From Methanococcus maripaludis (GTDB lineage: Archaea > AGJL01 > Methanococci > Methanococcales > Methanococcaceae): a DNA stretch of 24,000 bases. Below are positions 21,520-24,000 of the stretch, one piece after another. The position numbers were made by a program, and so were the translations under genes. The DNA lies in contig NZ_CP026606.1 in the NCBI RefSeq assembly GCF_002945325.1, positions 1,330,024-1,354,023 of the forward strand, written 5' to 3'. Positions within the stretch are counted from its first letter, which is position 1; each line of letters opens with the position of its first letter. The notes below the pieces were generated by a model that was not told the DNA's origin, made no database searches, and was given only the letters and a program-made list of their open reading frames with translations.

Positions 21520-22464
21520 GTGATTACTATGAAATGCAGAAAATGTGGTAAACCTCCAGTATATCATCAAAAACACTCTGGAAATAATTATTGTAAAGAG
21601 TGTTTCATAAAAGAAACTAAAAGAAAAGTTAGAAAGACTCTTGGAAGGGATGTTCTTAAAAATAACATAAAAGTTGCAATGGGCCTCAGTGGTGGAAAAG
21701 ACAGCCTTGTAATGGCTTATCTTTTAAATGAATATTATAAACAGATTCCAAATTCTAATTTAATTGCAATAATGGTTAATGAGGGAATAGAAGGCTATAG
21801 AACTGATGGAATTGATGCAGCAGTAAAATTTTGCGAAGAATATGGCATTGAATACAAAATTGTTCACTTTAAAGATTACCTTGGAACCAATCTTGATGAA
21901 ATTGTAAAAATCGCAAAAGAAAAAAATCTTACAATGAATCCGTGTTCTTTTTGCGGAGTAATTAGGAGAAAAATCTTAAATCGTGTATCAATAGAAGAAA
22001 AATGCGATTTTCTTGCAATTGGACATAATTTAGATGATGTTGCGCAAGCTGTGATGATGAACTACATCGAAGGAGATGTAAAAAAACTAGCATTCTTAGG
22101 AAAAAGTCTGAAACATCCTAAATTTGTTAAAAGAATAAAACCTTTAGAAAAAATTCCAGAAGATGAAGTACTTTTACTTGCAAACATGCTCGAATTAAAG
22201 TATCACAAATCCCCCTGTCCGTATTCATGCCTTTCATTTAGATCAGAGGTCTCGGATATTACAGATAACTTAGAAAAAAACCATCCTGGTTCAAAATATT
22301 CAATTGTAAGAGGATACGAAAGACTTCTCGAACATATTGAACTTCCTGGATACACAGGGGAATGTAAAATCTGTGGAGATTTATCTGCAACCGAAGTTTG
22401 TAAGGTATGCGGTTACTTGAAAAATCTTGGAATTTTGGAAAAATCTAAATTTGAAAAGATTTAA
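21520..22464 (+). CDS. ncsA: PP-loop ATPase of the TtuA/NcsA (Ncs6/Ctu1) family, a tRNA 2-thiouridine synthetase
   Basis: N-terminal Zn ribbon CRKCG...CKEC, PP-loop SGGKDS, three Fe-S-ligand cysteines (PCSFCG and SPCPYS), and a C-terminal Zn ribbon CKICG...CKVCG. The track start is GTG 21520. ATG 21529 (MKCRKCG), preceded by GTGAT, is an equally plausible start. Confidence 0.88.
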   Translation: MITMKCRKCGKPPVYHQKHSGNNYCKECFIKETKRKVRKTLGRDVLKNNIKVAMGLSGGKDSLVMAYLLNEYYKQIPNSNLIAIMVNEGIEGYRTDGIDAAVKFCEEYGIEYKIVHFKDYLGTNLDEIVKIAKEKNLTMNPCSFCGVIRRKILNRVSIEEKCDFLAIGHNLDDVAQAVMMNYIEGDVKKLAFLGKSLKHPKFVKRIKPLEKIPEDEVLLLANMLELKYHKSPCPYSCLSFRSEVSDITDNLEKNHPGSKYSIVRGYERLLEHIELPGYTGECKICGDLSATEVCKVCGYLKNLGILEKSKFEKI

Positions 22465-22481
22465 TCAATTAAAATAAAAAT

Positions 22482-23162
22482 TCATTCTTCACAAATCTTT
22501 TTTAATTCTTCAAAGTCATCACTCATCAAAGTATTGATGTTTGATTTAATTTTTTCAATTGGCCAGTTCCACCATTTTATTTTCAAAAGAAGTTCGATTT
22601 TTTCATCGGAAAATCTTTTTTTAATTATTTTTGCAGGATTTCCGCCAACTATCGTATATGGTTCTACATTTTTTGTAACAATACTTCCCGTTGCAATTAC
22701 TGCTCCACTGCCAATTTTAACACCGGGCATAATTGTTACATTTGCACCAATCCATACATCGTTTTCAATTTCAGTATCTCCTTTTTTCAAATACCCTTTT
22801 CCATTTTCGCATTTTAAATCTTCAGGAGTTTCAGAAATTAATGTTAAAGGATATGTCGAAATCCAGTCGTATCTGTGCCCCTGATTTCCGCCCATTATAA
22901 ATTTAACGCCTGAAGCAATGCTGCAGAATTTGCCAATAATTAATTTATCCATGTCTTTGCAATTGTCGATTTCATCAAGATACATTATACAGTCTTTAAA
23001 GTTTTTTCCTTCGTAGTAGCCCGAATAATACGTATATTCCCCGATTTCGACGTTTTCACTTTTTATTTTTTCCCGAGTTATTCCGTTTCCCTTTACAGGG
23101 TATTTCGGGTTTTCATTCATTATTTTAATATCTCTATACGATTCAAATGGATTAGAATTCAA
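22482..23162 (-). CDS. Hexapeptide-repeat xenobiotic acetyltransferase of the Vat (streptogramin A O-acetyltransferase) / XAT class
   Basis: 226 aa that aligns by eye along its whole length with my recalled VatD sequence: VEIGEYTYY; IGKFCSIASGVKFIMGGNQGHRYDWISTYP (catalytic-His loop); NDVWIGANVTIMPGVKIGSGAVIATGSIVTKNVEPYTIVGGNPAKIIKKRF; LLKIKWWNWPIEKI. TTG start with a strong AGGAGGT SD 5 nt upstream, only 15 nt after the thiI stop. Confidence 0.88.
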   Translation of the reverse strand: MNSNPFESYRDIKIMNENPKYPVKGNGITREKIKSENVEIGEYTYYSGYYEGKNFKDCIMYLDEIDNCKDMDKLIIGKFCSIASGVKFIMGGNQGHRYDWISTYPLTLISETPEDLKCENGKGYLKKGDTEIENDVWIGANVTIMPGVKIGSGAVIATGSIVTKNVEPYTIVGGNPAKIIKKRFSDEKIELLLKIKWWNWPIEKIKSNINTLMSDDFEELKKICEE

Positions 23163-23177
23163 AATATACCTCCTAAT

Positions 23178-24000
23178 TTAGCAATTTTTACAAGTTTTAC
23201 AATTTCTTAAGTTTAAAAGCTGTTCTTCAATTTTTTCCATTTCTTCGGGCGTTGCATTTGTTATTGGGTGTTTTGGAACTGCAAAACAGCTTACTTCTTT
23301 ACTTGTGGAAATATCAAAAGTTCCAATTTTTCTTGCGATATCCATAATTTCAACTTTGTCAAGTCCGATTAAAGGTCTTAAAATCGGGTAGTCAATTCCT
23401 TCACTAATTACTCGCAAATTTTTAAGAGTTTGGGATGCAACCTGCCCCATATTATCTCCATTTACAATAGCATCACATTTATGCCATTTAGCATGTTTTT
23501 CAGCCAGTTTAAGCATGTATTTTTTACAGTAAAGACACGTGTATTTATCCCTATTAATTTCTGTGAGTTCGGCTTTAATTTTTGCAAGTTCTTCATTAAA
23601 GTCTACGTATACAAATTTAGCTTCAGGGTCAAAGTCACTTAAAACATCAACAAGTTTTTGAGTTTTTTCAAGTCCTTCATCCGAAGTTTTCATGTGTAAT
23701 AATAAAAGTTTACATCCCCTTTTTGCCATCATGTACGCAGAAACAGGGCTATCGATTCCATCGGATAATAAAACAATAACTTGCCCTTGAGTTCCAACGG
23801 GGATTCCACCGATTCCTTCGATTCGTTCTGCAAATACGTAAGCGTATTCGTTGAATACTTCGATATCAAGTGAAATTGTAGGGTTTTTTAAATCTACTTT
23901 TATTCCGTATTTTTCAGAAATTGGGCCCCCCACTTCCATATTTACTTCAAGTGACGTTAACGGGAATTTTTTCTGAGGTCTTTGGGTTTTTACTCTAAAT
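23178..24000 (-). CDS. thiI: tRNA 4-thiouridine synthase ThiI (THUMP C-terminal part plus PP-loop domain, no rhodanese domain); the ORF continues off the right edge
   Basis: The frame stays open upstream of the track Met (23939) to position 24000 (...FRVKTQRPQKKFPLTSLEVNMEVGG..., THUMP-like). The PP-loop is LLSDGIDSPVSAYMM. CxxC (YTCLYCKKY) plus a later Cys (VSCFAVPKHP) are the archaeal ThiI cluster/catalytic cysteines. It ends in a Cys-rich tail, NCKTCKNC. Confidence 0.88.
   Translation of the reverse strand, partial: FRVKTQRPQKKFPLTSLEVNMEVGGPISEKYGIKVDLKNPTISLDIEVFNEYAYVFAERIEGIGGIPVGTQGQVIVLLSDGIDSPVSAYMMAKRGCKLLLLHMKTSDEGLEKTQKLVDVLSDFDPEAKFVYVDFNEELAKIKAELTEINRDKYTCLYCKKYMLKLAEKHAKWHKCDAIVNGDNMGQVASQTLKNLRVISEGIDYPILRPLIGLDKVEIMDIARKIGTFDISTSKEVSCFAVPKHPITNATPEEMEKIEEQLLNLRNCKTCKNC

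Overview
AT-rich archaeal chromosome segment, almost certainly from a Methanococcus (maripaludis/vannielii-type) genome. The evidence is the split rpoB, GGTGA-type Shine-Dalgarno sites, frequent TTG/GTG starts and near-textbook protein sequences. The core (5.2-19.0 kb, minus strand) is the classical archaeal RNA-polymerase / 'str-equivalent' supercluster: rpoH-rpoB2(B'')-rpoB1(B')-rpoA1(A')-rpoA2(A''), then rpl30e-nusA-rps12-rps7, fusA (aEF-2), tuf (aEF-1alpha) and rps10. The left flank (0-5 kb) carries a partial transglutaminase-like membrane protein that is missing from the ORF track, a PspC-domain protein, trmI, rnhB, purP and a phosphohexomutase. The right flank (19.3-24 kb) is a sulfur-incorporation neighbourhood. 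On the + strand it has a COG1900-CBS protein, a NIL-2x[4Fe-4S] ferredoxin, a MoaD-like protein ending in GG, and a TtuA/NcsA PP-loop tRNA thiolase. Converging on these are a thiI-vat pair: a partial, rhodanese-less ThiI followed by a Vat-type xenobiotic acetyltransferase. I found no CRISPR array, tRNA/rRNA gene, IS or other mobile element, or recognisable defence or toxin system, and I cannot support a claim of a wholly new system. Five things deserve a second look. (1) The sulfur cluster, and whether its MoaD-like protein could be a shared thiocarboxylate donor. (2) The Vat-family acetyltransferase, which appears coupled to thiI. (3) An rpoA1 frame with no stop where one is expected, so it reads through the spacer into rpoA2. 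(4) Two short motifs shared between intergenic regions. (5) A 286-bp ORF-free spacer. Several ORF-track starts look over-extended, and I re-placed them using SD spacing.
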